A stretch of 63,906 nt of DNA, counting the filler, from Thermoplasmatota archaeon (GTDB lineage Archaea; Thermoplasmatota; E2; JACPAO01; JAHFTW01), in NCBI GenBank assembly GCA_041623215.1. It is 3 parts of 3 records of this genome, joined end to end, with 100 filler letters (N's around TTAATTAATTAA, not from the genome) between each part and the next. Parts side by side here need not be neighbours in the genome. Positions count along the whole stretch, not along the records: positions 29,614 to 56,262 come from JBFJXH010000009.1; 2 more parts are not named here. The stretch is one strand, 5' to 3'. The translations under genes were made by a program, and so were the position numbers. A model generated the notes under the pieces. The model had not been told where the DNA came from. It ran no database searches and was given only the letters and a program-made list of their open reading frames with translations. This document shows, one piece after another, positions 40,365-49,458 of the stretch (its first letter is position 1; the number at the start of each line of letters is the position of its first letter).

Positions 40365-41083
40365 GTAACAGGCAACGAAGGCGTCCGCAACCCGACCACC
40401 CGTTTGAGGTCGGAGAAGCGCGCCAGCACATGGTCGGACCCCACGCTGTCTTGGCCCGAGGCGCCGTATTGCGCCCAGGCGGTTTGCATGCCCAACGCTT
40501 GCGCGCCCGCCATGTCGCGTTCGGGCCAGTCTCCCACCATCAAGACGGCCTGCGGCGGCACGTCCCCAAGTCGGTCCAAGGCCTCACGAAAGGGGCGTTC
40601 GTCGGGCTTGGCGGCACCGGCGTCACAATGAGTGACAACGAAGTCAAAGAAGTCGGCCAAGCCGGCTGCGTCGAGGCGCTGGTACGCCTTGAAGCGCGGA
40701 GCGTCCGTTACCACGCCCATGCGAAGGCCGTGCCGCGCCAAGTGAAGCAAGGTGCGCCGCACGCCCGGATACGGGGCGAGGTGGAGGCGCTTGGCCGCTT
40801 CGTAGGCGTTGACGGCCGCGGCAGTTATGCGGTCAACCGCATGGTCAGTCAAGCTCAATTGTCGCTGGTGGTGCTGGCGGAGAAACTTCTCAAACACGCC
40901 GTCGCCCTCAATATCCTGTAGGTAAGCGCCGAAGAGGACATCGCCGGCCTCGTCGGCGGAGAACGGGAATTCGGCGCCGGCTGCAAGCATGGCGCGGGCT
41001 GCAGCATCGCTTGCTTGCCGCTTCATACGGAGGAAGTCGATGAGCGTATTGTCGAGGTCGAACAGGACTGCCTGCAACTCCAC
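40361..41083 (-). CDS. HAD-superfamily hydrolase (subfamily IA)
   Basis: FDLDNTL, VVTD, KPD, MVGD.PERDMAGA. Confidence 0.9.
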   Translation of the reverse strand: MELQAVLFDLDNTLIDFLRMKRQASDAAARAMLAAGAEFPFSADEAGDVLFGAYLQDIEGDGVFEKFLRQHHQRQLSLTDHAVDRITAAAVNAYEAAKRLHLAPYPGVRRTLLHLARHGLRMGVVTDAPRFKAYQRLDAAGLADFFDFVVTHCDAGAAKPDERPFREALDRLGDVPPQAVLMVGDWPERDMAGAQALGMQTAWAQYGASGQDSVGSDHVLARFSDLKRVVGLRTPSLPVT

Positions 41084-41196
41084 GGCGCTGCCACCCGGTC
41101 CGGGTTCTTGATGCCCCCGGCCCCCGTGCAGCCCTTTGGCCGCCACCACACGCTTATATTGTGTACCCTTTGAAGGTCACGTTCCCTGAGGTTTTC

Positions 41197-43908
41197 ATGT
41201 CTGACGGTCCTTCCGGCAAAAGCCTGTTCAAGCGCGCACGTCGCGATCCTCTTCGAGGCCACCCCATCGAAGACCCCTTTGACGTTGCGCAAGCCGTCAC
41301 CCAGGGGACCTACGCGCCCACTAATCTCCACCAGTTGAACCTGGATGCGCAACGTCTTCGAGCCATGCGGCATGAAGGGATTACGAGCCTGTACCAATTG
41401 CAACGGAACATCAAGATTCTGCCGCACCAGGTGAAGGCGTCGATTCGCGTACTCAACCAGCTGCAAGGACGGGCAATTCTCGCCGATGAAGTGGGATTGG
41501 GGAAAACCATCGAAGCGGGCATCGTCATGAAGGAACTCATCTCGCGCGGCAAGGTGCGCTCCATTCTCATCCTGACACCGGCGGCTTTGGCCAGCCAATG
41601 GCAGCAGGAACTTTGGGAGAAATTCGGCGAACGCTTTGTGCGGCACGATGACCCAATGTTCCGGGGCTTTGCCCGCCACGACAAAGTGGTCAGCAGCATT
41701 GACACCGCCAAGTCGGCCCAGCACTATCCCGACATCATTGCCCGCGAATGGGACTTGGTCATCATTGACGAAGCTCACTACCTCAAGAACAAGAAGACGC
41801 AGCGCTACGCCCTTGCGGACGACATTAGCGCTCGCTATGCATTGATGCTGACGGCAACGCCGATTCAAAACAACCTGATGGAATTGTACAACCTCATCAA
41901 TCTCATCAAGCCAGGTTTGCTTGGAACGCTGCAAAACTTCGAGGAGGAGTACATTGGTGATGCCCAGGGGAGAGTCCTGCTGCACGCGCAACGCCTGCAA
42001 CGGCTGCTAGAACAGGTTCTGATTCGCAACCGCCGCAGCGAAACAGGCATCAAATTCCCTGACCGGAACGTGGAAACCAACCGTGTCCAGGCGAGCGAAG
42101 AGGAAATGCAACTGCACCGAGCTGTTTCCGACTTTATCCGAAAGTACCGCACGAGCTTCGAAAGCCACCTAGCACTACTCATCCTTGAGCGCGAAGTGGC
42201 CTCCAGTGCCCCCGCGTTGTCCGCAACCCTTGGCAACATGATGGCCAAAGTGGACGATCAAGACGCGCTCAAGGCCATGGAAGAGCTTCAGCACATGGCG
42301 AACAAGCAGAAGAAGAACGCCAAGATGGAGCTCATCCGGGAGGTCGCCACAGGCACCGATGAGAAGATGATTATCTTCACCCAGTTCCGAGCCACACAGG
42401 ATCAGTTGACGGATTGGCTGCGCGCGGAAGGTCTGTCGGTCCTGAAGTATCACGGCGGCTTGTCTGCTATGCGGCGCAAAAATGTCCTCAAGGAATTCCG
42501 CGAGTCGGGCCAAGTCCTTGTTGCCACCGACTCAGGCAGTGAAGGTTTGAACCTGCAATTCTGCCACGTCCTCGTCAATTATGACCTGCCGTGGAACCCC
42601 ATGCGCGTGGAGCAGCGCATTGGCCGCGTCCATCGTATTGGCCAAGAGCAGGACAAGGTCATCATTCTCAACCTCGCCGTGGCCGACACCATTGAAGATT
42701 ACGTGTTGCAGGTTCTGTACGAGAAGATTAAGCTGTTCGAGGTCGCCATTGGTGAAATGGATTTGATTCTCAGCGACATCAATGAAGCGGGCGGGCTCGA
42801 GAAGCGCGTCATCGATGCGATTCTCAGTTCGGAGAGGGACGAGGACATTGCCGACGCTTTGGGGAAAGTGGAACGTGACCTGAAGCGTTCCAAGGCCCAA
42901 GCAGATGACATCAAGCAGCTGGATGCGAGTGTATTCCAGCAATTTGACCTGTCGACCGCCAACGACGACGTGGACATCGAAGACAAGATGGACCTGCTGC
43001 AAGAAGTGCAGCGCTTTGTCGGGGCGTTCGTCCGCGCCGTAGACGCTGACATGACGGAGGAGGAGCAGGTGACCAAGGTCACGATGCCCCGTAACTATTG
43101 GAAGCGAATCGGGGGCACACACAAATTCACCACCGACCCCGAAACGTTCGAAGAATTGGATGGGGAAGTAGAATACCTAAGCCTCGGCAGCGACTTTGTT
43201 CGCAAGGCCATTGAGCTTCTGCAGCACGACGGCCACACCGGTTGCGTGCGAACCGCCGAAGTGGACGAGCCGGCAACGCTGCTCTACTACCGCTACTTCA
43301 TCGAAACCATCCGCAGCGAAGTGGAAGCTTTCGTCAGTGTTACGTTGGATGACGCAGGCAACGTGCTTGACATCGACGAGGACCTGCGCCCCATTCCGGA
43401 TGCGGAACCTTGCCTGGCCCGCGAAGAAGATCGGCTGGCCGGTGAATGGGAGAAACTGGCTGAGAATGCCCGCTTCGAAGTAGCCGATGTGGTTGTGCCC
43501 GTGTTGAATCAAAAGCGCGACGAAGCGCTCGAAGAGTTGCGCCGGGTCGAGAAGCGATTGGAAGAGTACTTCGAGCGCCAAAAGGAAGAGATTCGTCACA
43601 ACGAGATGAAGATTCGTCGCAAGATGGGCGACATCCGCAACCGGCTCTACTTCACCGAGGACGGCATTCGGGAACGCAAGCTGGAGCAGGACTACGAGAA
43701 GCTGGAAAAGCAGCTGCACGAATCCACATTCAAGAACAATCGCAAGATTGAGGAATTGGATTCGGACCTACAGGAACGCTTGGCCAAGGAGCGCGAAAAG
43801 AACGAGCCGCGGCTCCAAATCGAATTGATTGGTGCCACGCGTCTGCTGCCCCCGGCCGATGTTGTCGCCCCTGTGGCGGCGGGCGAGGCCGTGAAGGCTG
43901 AAGCTTAA
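41197..43908 (+). CDS. SNF2/RapA-like (YqhH-type) helicase with long C-terminal coiled-coil region
   Basis: ADEVGLGKT, DEAH, TATP, SEGLNLQ, DLPWNP, QRIGRVHRIGQ. CGCTTATATT box at 41151-41160. Confidence 0.92.
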   Translation: MSDGPSGKSLFKRARRDPLRGHPIEDPFDVAQAVTQGTYAPTNLHQLNLDAQRLRAMRHEGITSLYQLQRNIKILPHQVKASIRVLNQLQGRAILADEVGLGKTIEAGIVMKELISRGKVRSILILTPAALASQWQQELWEKFGERFVRHDDPMFRGFARHDKVVSSIDTAKSAQHYPDIIAREWDLVIIDEAHYLKNKKTQRYALADDISARYALMLTATPIQNNLMELYNLINLIKPGLLGTLQNFEEEYIGDAQGRVLLHAQRLQRLLEQVLIRNRRSETGIKFPDRNVETNRVQASEEEMQLHRAVSDFIRKYRTSFESHLALLILEREVASSAPALSATLGNMMAKVDDQDALKAMEELQHMANKQKKNAKMELIREVATGTDEKMIIFTQFRATQDQLTDWLRAEGLSVLKYHGGLSAMRRKNVLKEFRESGQVLVATDSGSEGLNLQFCHVLVNYDLPWNPMRVEQRIGRVHRIGQEQDKVIILNLAVADTIEDYVLQVLYEKIKLFEVAIGEMDLILSDINEAGGLEKRVIDAILSSERDEDIADALGKVERDLKRSKAQADDIKQLDASVFQQFDLSTANDDVDIEDKMDLLQEVQRFVGAFVRAVDADMTEEEQVTKVTMPRNYWKRIGGTHKFTTDPETFEELDGEVEYLSLGSDFVRKAIELLQHDGHTGCVRTAEVDEPATLLYYRYFIETIRSEVEAFVSVTLDDAGNVLDIDEDLRPIPDAEPCLAREEDRLAGEWEKLAENARFEVADVVVPVLNQKRDEALEELRRVEKRLEEYFERQKEEIRHNEMKIRRKMGDIRNRLYFTEDGIRERKLEQDYEKLEKQLHESTFKNNRKIEELDSDLQERLAKEREKNEPRLQIELIGATRLLPPADVVAPVAAGEAVKAEA

Positions 43909-43967
43909 GCCAGCGTAACCAGCACGCGCACCAGAAGCGTGGGGAATGAGCTGTGCTGGGCGACCGG

Positions 43968-45584
43968 CTAGTCCACGAAAGACAAGTCGAGCCGGCTGTC
44001 GGCTGTGAATTCAACTGCGTAATTCGCCATCAGCGGGAGGTAGTTGCCAGTGTCATTGGCTGCAATATCGAGGATTAGGCGGTCGTCGCCGCGAACGTGT
44101 ACCCGGGTCCACTGCAAGGGCAGCACGATGGTGCCGTTATCATGGTCGTTTTCGTCCAGGACGGCGTACGCGGTCCGGCCAATTTGCCGGCTCCGCCCGT
44201 CGGCCGAGGTTTCATGGTACAGGGTCGCCACCACCTGGAAGCCCGTGGTTGCATTGTCGGCACCAACCAAGGTCAGAACAGGCGTGCCCATGAGGACTTG
44301 GGGGCCTGTGAACGGGTCGGTCGAGAACGAAACCGCCGTTGGGTCCTGACGCAGTTGGCCGGGGACGCCGGCGCTTGGCCCGCCGGTCTCATCGGCAACG
44401 GCATCGGGGAAATCGAAGGGATTTGAGATGATGCGTTGCTGGACTGTGAAGGTGCCTTCGCCGCCGCGGCCTTCGGAAAGTCGACCATTGAGGAGCGACC
44501 ACGTCATCGGCGTGACCTCCGGATAGGTGGCGTACGTCACCTGGCGCTCATTGGCAGCGTCCACCGTCGAAATCTCAGGCCAGGAGGCTACGCCATTGGC
44601 ATGGCCAGCCAGGAAGAATTTGAACCAATCGAGGGTTTCCTGCCAGCACGCGGCATCGTAGTCCCCGTGGCCGCCGGTAAAGATACGCCCTCGAACAAAG
44701 CCTGGCGCCTCGCGGATGCGGTCGCCCTCTGTCATGAGGCTGTCTTGCAGGGCGTCGCACACGTACAGCGGCTTATCCGTGTGCATGAACTCGGGGTCCA
44801 CGTCCCGCAGCGACATTTGTTCCTGCACGCTGTCCATGCCTTGGCGCGTGTACAGCGCCTGGACCCACTCACTCATCATGGGTGAGAAGCGGGCCCGACT
44901 GGTTGGTCCCCCCTCGGCAGCGATGGCGGAAATCCATCCCACCTTCGGGACGTTGCCTGCCGCGAGCGCGTCGAACAGGTTGGTCCAGCCTTGGTGCAAG
45001 GCTGCCGTGGTCACGCGCGGGTCCTTTGCCCACGCTTGGGCTGCTTGGCCAGCACCGTAGCTCATGCCGGTGACGCCTACGAATCCATTGGTCGTGAAGT
45101 TGGTTGCCAAGTGATCAATCACGGCGGAGAGGTCGGCCATTTCCGCCGGCCCAGCAAAAGATACCTCGCCGCCACTGCGGCCAAAGCCACGCGCGTCGTA
45201 CGCCGCGACAAGGAAGCCTTCCATGGCGAATTGTTCCAGCAAGAGCCGCGGGGCCCCATTATGACTGGTCGCCGGCAGGTCGTTCCAATACTCCTTGGTA
45301 TTGCCCCAGCCGTGCAGGAAAACCACGACGGGCCACGCCGGCGCGCCGCCGTCGGGAAGAGCGTCTGACGTTTGCGGTTCGAAGATGACGGCCGACAGGC
45401 TGACATTGTCAAAACCAAGAATCGTTCGCTCGTGCTTGGTAAAGCCCGTCACGCGGATGTCGGCGGGGTCGTAGCCGACGTCGGCGGGCTGGACGCCCTC
45501 GTCATCAGTTTCGTCTTCCAAGAAGCTCAGGCAACCGGATAAGGCTGGCACCGCTAGGAGGGCGGCGAGCCACCACGCGCGCAT
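43968..45584 (-). CDS. Lipoprotein CocE/NonD-family alpha/beta hydrolase
   Basis: Lipobox LSGC, HGWG, DARGFGRSGG, nucleophile GMSYGA, C-terminal PepX_C-like domain. Confidence 0.85.
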   Translation of the reverse strand: MRAWWLAALLAVPALSGCLSFLEDETDDEGVQPADVGYDPADIRVTGFTKHERTILGFDNVSLSAVIFEPQTSDALPDGGAPAWPVVVFLHGWGNTKEYWNDLPATSHNGAPRLLLEQFAMEGFLVAAYDARGFGRSGGEVSFAGPAEMADLSAVIDHLATNFTTNGFVGVTGMSYGAGQAAQAWAKDPRVTTAALHQGWTNLFDALAAGNVPKVGWISAIAAEGGPTSRARFSPMMSEWVQALYTRQGMDSVQEQMSLRDVDPEFMHTDKPLYVCDALQDSLMTEGDRIREAPGFVRGRIFTGGHGDYDAACWQETLDWFKFFLAGHANGVASWPEISTVDAANERQVTYATYPEVTPMTWSLLNGRLSEGRGGEGTFTVQQRIISNPFDFPDAVADETGGPSAGVPGQLRQDPTAVSFSTDPFTGPQVLMGTPVLTLVGADNATTGFQVVATLYHETSADGRSRQIGRTAYAVLDENDHDNGTIVLPLQWTRVHVRGDDRLILDIAANDTGNYLPLMANYAVEFTADSRLDLSFVD

Positions 45585-45638
45585 GGCACGGGCAGGCCAA
45601 ACGGGGCATAAAAGCGCCAGCGCCCGCCCTGTGGGCTG

Positions 45639-46640
45639 CTACAGGAGGTCCAGCAGGTCCCGGACAGCTTGGCGGACATCCTTGTCTTCGTACAGGATGC
45701 CGTAGATTTGGCCGGTGAGGGGCAAGTCAATGCCGTCACGCACCGCCTGCTCGTGGACGAACTTGGTGGCCTTGACGCCTTCGGCAACCTTCCCCCCCAT
45801 GGTTGCCAACGCTTCCTTCACGGTTAGGCCACGGCCCAGCAATTCACCAACGCGCCGGTTGCGGCTGTGCTGGCTGGTGGCAGTGGCAATCAAGTCGCCA
45901 AGGCCGCTGAGGCCCGTAAACGTCCGAGCCTTGGCACCGTTATGCGTGCCAAAGCGAATCATCTCGTCCAGGCCCAGCGTGATGACGGCGCTCGAGGAGT
46001 TATCGCCGAACCCAATGCCAGCAGTGACGCCGGCGGCCAGCGCCGTGATGTTCTTGAGCACCCCGCCCAACTCGACGCCCACCAGATCGGCGCGCGGATA
46101 GGCCTTGAAAGTGTCCGTCGTGAAAACGTCACAGAGCAAATCGCGTGTTTGGCCGTGCTTGCTAGCAATGACCGTGGCGCCCGGCATGCCGCGGGCAATC
46201 TCCTCGGCATGATTTGGCCCGGAGAGGCTTGCCACGCGGACATCTTTTCCCAGTTCTTGCTCCAGGACTTGGCTCATGCGCAGGAAGGTTCCCTCCTCAA
46301 TGCCTTTGGCTACATTGAGCACCTTCGCCCCAGGTTCCAGATGCGGCGCCAGCGTTTTGGCCGTGGCCCGGACCGCGTGGCTGGGCACCGCGATGACGAC
46401 CACATCTGCGCCGTCCACGCAATCCTGTACACTACTGGTAATCCACAGGTCAACGGGCAGCTTCACGCCGGGCAAATAGCGGGTGTTCTCGCGGCGGTTT
46501 TGCAGGGTCTGGGCGTAGTCGGGGTCACGGCACCATTGGCGCGTCTCGACGCCCTTGCTGCTGGTAAGCATGCTAAGGCACGTTCCGAAGCCGCCGCTGC
46601 CAATGACTGCGACTGGCACGTCGGCGGGGCCTTCAAGCAC
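45639..46640 (-). CDS. gpsA: NAD(P)H-dependent glycerol-3-phosphate dehydrogenase
   Basis: GSGGFGT, N.RYLP, AKGIE, SGPNHAEE, GVELGGVLKN, GLSGLGDLIAT..S.HSRN, AEGV. TTTTTAT box ~25 nt upstream of the GTG. Confidence 0.93.
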   Translation of the reverse strand: MLEGPADVPVAVIGSGGFGTCLSMLTSSKGVETRQWCRDPDYAQTLQNRRENTRYLPGVKLPVDLWITSSVQDCVDGADVVVIAVPSHAVRATAKTLAPHLEPGAKVLNVAKGIEEGTFLRMSQVLEQELGKDVRVASLSGPNHAEEIARGMPGATVIASKHGQTRDLLCDVFTTDTFKAYPRADLVGVELGGVLKNITALAAGVTAGIGFGDNSSSAVITLGLDEMIRFGTHNGAKARTFTGLSGLGDLIATATSQHSRNRRVGELLGRGLTVKEALATMGGKVAEGVKATKFVHEQAVRDGIDLPLTGQIYGILYEDKDVRQAVRDLLDLL

Positions 46641-46723
46641 GGAGGCGTGCCACTGGTGCCACCGATAAAAACCGGCCGCCGCAGGACCCAAGCCTTTTGG
46701 CGGGCAGTCCAGTCGCGCCGGCC

Positions 46724-47938
46724 ATGCGTGTCTTGTTTGCCGTAATCCTGCTCGCTGTCGCGTCCCTGGCAGGATGCACCGACCCGGATTCGACATCGGC
46801 CTCTGACTGCTCCAAGCCCGACCTGGACCTGGAGAATCCCATGGTCTCCATTGACACCAACTTCGGCTGTATTCACGCTGAATTGTTCCTTGACAAGGTC
46901 CCCATCACGGCAGGAAACTTCCTTGACCTAGCCTCCGAGGGCTTCTACGACGGCACCAAGTTCCACCGCATCATCACCGATTTCATGATGCAGGGAGGTG
47001 ACCCCAACAGCAAGAACGACGACCCCTCTGATGATGGCTACGGGGGTCCTGGCTACGCCATTCCGGATGAGTTCCACCCTGACCTGCGGCACGACCGCCC
47101 CTACCGGTTTAGCATGGCCAACAGCGGCCCCAATTCCGGTGGCAGCCAGTTCTTCATTACCTTCGTGCCAACCCCGCAACTTGACAACAAGCACGCGGTC
47201 TTTGGCGATGTCGTCGCCGGCTTTGACGTCGTCGACCGCGTTAACGACGAAGCGGCGACTGCCCAGGGGGTCCCCACCGCAAAACCGGTGATTGTCAACA
47301 AAATGACGGTGCATGACTATGCACCCGCGCCGCCGGCACCAGCGGACATTAGCGCCGATGCCATCACACCTGGGGCCTTTGCCGTCAGCAGCACCACGGA
47401 CCAAGTGCTCGTGTGGGCTTACAATGCAGGTGGTCAGGCGGCCGCTCTCGAATGGAGCTTGACCGGGTTGAACGGCAGCGCCCTTCCCGCTGGCTGGTCC
47501 GCGACGTTTGACCCCGCAGGACAAGAAGCGGGCCGATTGCAGGCGGTCCACGCCATGCTGACGCTCACCATTCCAGAAGTCGAAGCGGGAGTCGTAGCGG
47601 CCGAGCTGCACACGGGGCACAGCACCACCCCCATCACCGTGACGGTTGCCGATTCGGCTGCCGACCGCGTTAGCAAGCGCGGCGACGCCGTTACGGTGGC
47701 CTATGCGGGGCGCTGCACGGCCAACGACCAACCATTCGATGACGGTGACTTCCCGCTCACCTTGGGTGGTGGGCGAGCCATCGTCGGGTTTGACTTGGGG
47801 CTCATCGGCATGGGGCTGCAGGAGCCGCAAACCATCGTCATTCCAGCGCCGATGGCCTACGGCGGCGGCGGGCCGTGCGGCAGTCTCAATCCAGCTGACC
47901 TCACCTTCGAGGTCTCCATCAAGTCGTTTGACGGTTGA
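46724..47938 (+). CDS. Lipoprotein peptidyl-prolyl isomerase: cyclophilin, linker domain, FKBP fusion
   Basis: Lipobox LAGC. Cyclophilin motifs FYDGTKFHRII..FMMQGGDP, SMANSGPNSGGSQFFI, HAVFG. FKBP motifs GDAVTVAY.G, FD, LG.G..I.GF..GL.GM, IP..AYG, LTFEV. Confidence 0.88.
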   Translation: MRVLFAVILLAVASLAGCTDPDSTSASDCSKPDLDLENPMVSIDTNFGCIHAELFLDKVPITAGNFLDLASEGFYDGTKFHRIITDFMMQGGDPNSKNDDPSDDGYGGPGYAIPDEFHPDLRHDRPYRFSMANSGPNSGGSQFFITFVPTPQLDNKHAVFGDVVAGFDVVDRVNDEAATAQGVPTAKPVIVNKMTVHDYAPAPPAPADISADAITPGAFAVSSTTDQVLVWAYNAGGQAAALEWSLTGLNGSALPAGWSATFDPAGQEAGRLQAVHAMLTLTIPEVEAGVVAAELHTGHSTTPITVTVADSAADRVSKRGDAVTVAYAGRCTANDQPFDDGDFPLTLGGGRAIVGFDLGLIGMGLQEPQTIVIPAPMAYGGGGPCGSLNPADLTFEVSIKSFDG

Positions 47939-47940
47939 AG

Positions 47941-48022
47941 TGCACAGGACAGGATTTGAACCTGCGAAGCACTAAGCAACGGACCCTAAATCCGTCCCCG
48001 TTGGCCGCTTGGGTACCTGTGC
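47941..48022 (-). tRNA. tRNA-Leu(TAG)
   Basis: GCACAGG...CCTGTGC-A acceptor stem; anticodon arm ACGGA-TTTAGGG-TCCGT; long variable arm; GGTTCAAATCC. Confidence 0.93.
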
Positions 48023-48088
48023 AGGGGGGAGAGTTGCGTAGCAGCGGCGGCGCAAAAGCCCGTCGCTGCCAAGCTGGGGTGCCGGCGC

Positions 48089-48250
48089 CTAATGGTGCTT
48101 GGCCCAGTTGTAGGAGCGCAGCTTGGCGGTGGCGCCGTAGCCGCAAGAAGCGCAACGCTTCTTCTGTAGGTGGTAGGCGTGGCGGCCGCAGCGGCGGCAT
48201 CGAATGTGCGTGCGGTGGCCACCGCGCATGGAAGGCGTGCCCTTGGACAT
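48089..48250 (-). CDS. rpl37e: 50S ribosomal protein eL37
   Basis: MSKGTPS...THIRCRRCG..AYH....CASCGYG...R.YNW; GGAG SD. Confidence 0.95.
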   Translation of the reverse strand: MSKGTPSMRGGHRTHIRCRRCGRHAYHLQKKRCASCGYGATAKLRSYNWAKHH

Positions 48251-48331
48251 GTGAATCTCTCCAGGGCCAGAGGCCCTTACGGGGCGCGCGACATGGGGGT
48301 CCCTTATGAGGGTTTGGCAGCCTGCCGGGTC

Positions 48332-48847
48332 GTGTCCGAGTACCGAATTCGCCGCCGCACGCGACTGAAGGCCAAGGCGGCACGGGCCATCCACGAGGAA
48401 CTGGCAGCGGTCTACGGGAGTCCCGACGGTGCGTCAGTTGCCCTGTGGGACGATCAAGCCATCGTGGAGACCGGCGAGGTCCCGGGGATGGAGGTGGTGC
48501 TCGTGAACCAAGTAATCCATGGCCTGCGGCCGGAGGGTGGTTCCTGGTTCCTTTCCCTTCGGGGCCTTCTCGCCTACCGCCCGGCTACTCGCTGGGTCAC
48601 CGTGGACATGGGCGCCGTCCGTTTTGTCATCAACGGCGCCGACATCATGGCGCCAGGAATCACGGAGGCGGATGCCGGCCTCCAGGAAGGCGACTTGGCC
48701 TGGGTGCGTGATGAGAAGAACGGTCAACCCCTGGCAGTGGCCACGTGCCTCCAGAGCGGGCCGGCGATGGCAGAGGGAACGAGCGGCAAGGCGCTCCGCT
48801 CGGTGCATTTCATCGGCGACAAATTATGGGCTCTCGACGAGGCCTAA
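48332..48847 (+). CDS. PUA-domain RNA-binding protein (DUF1947 + PUA, MCT-1-like)
   Basis: VTVDMGAVRFVINGADIMAPGI, GKA...HFIGDKLW. Confidence 0.88.
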   Translation: MSEYRIRRRTRLKAKAARAIHEELAAVYGSPDGASVALWDDQAIVETGEVPGMEVVLVNQVIHGLRPEGGSWFLSLRGLLAYRPATRWVTVDMGAVRFVINGADIMAPGITEADAGLQEGDLAWVRDEKNGQPLAVATCLQSGPAMAEGTSGKALRSVHFIGDKLWALDEA

Positions 48848-48925
48848 CTAGCTTCAATCCAGGGTGCAGGGCGGGTCAGTCATTCTTATCAGGTGCGCCT
48901 CTGTGCGTCGCCTTAGGGATGCAAC

Positions 48926-49309
48926 ATGGGCCTCAAATCTCTCTTTGCGCCGAAGCCCGCCACGACCACCACCACGCAGGGTGACGATTACATCGACCTG
49001 GAAGCGTACGCTGCCGGGACGGAACTCACGGACAACACCGCCAGCATGATGGTCCGAGTGGCGGAGATTCACAAGTACGACGAACTGCGCGACTACGCCA
49101 ACTACGTCTACCAAGGCAACATGCTGTTGCTGGATTTCTCGCCAATCGCTCAGGATGACATCATTCTGCGCCGCGTGACGAGCGACCTCAAGAAGCTGGT
49201 CGCGGACATTAACGGCGACATCGCCGGCCTTGGCAAGAACATGTTCATCGTGGCGCCCACGGGCGTCAAGGTGGACCGCCACAAGGCGCGCTCGAACGGC
49301 TACCAATAG
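48926..49309 (+). CDS. sepF: Archaeal cell division protein SepF
   Basis: Amphipathic N-terminus MGLKSLF, DYIDL, VYQGNMLLLDF, GDIAGLG...IVAPTGVKVDR. Confidence 0.88.
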   Translation: MGLKSLFAPKPATTTTTQGDDYIDLEAYAAGTELTDNTASMMVRVAEIHKYDELRDYANYVYQGNMLLLDFSPIAQDDIILRRVTSDLKKLVADINGDIAGLGKNMFIVAPTGVKVDRHKARSNGYQ

Positions 49310-49458
49310 CCGCGCCAGCGGGTCGAAGCCCGGCAATCGTATCGATTCGCTCAGCGGACGCTATATGAAGTCGTCGACAGGGGATATCATCCCCTTGTCC
49401 CATGGGACTTTGGGGCCTGCCCACCAGGCCCTAAAGGCATCAGGCCTGAAGGCAGGAT

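Noticed and set aside
41161..43908. SNF2 helicase as part of a DISARM/BREX/Zorya-type defence system
   Set aside because: Neighbours are a HAD hydrolase and a CocE hydrolase; no methylase, nuclease or other defence genes.
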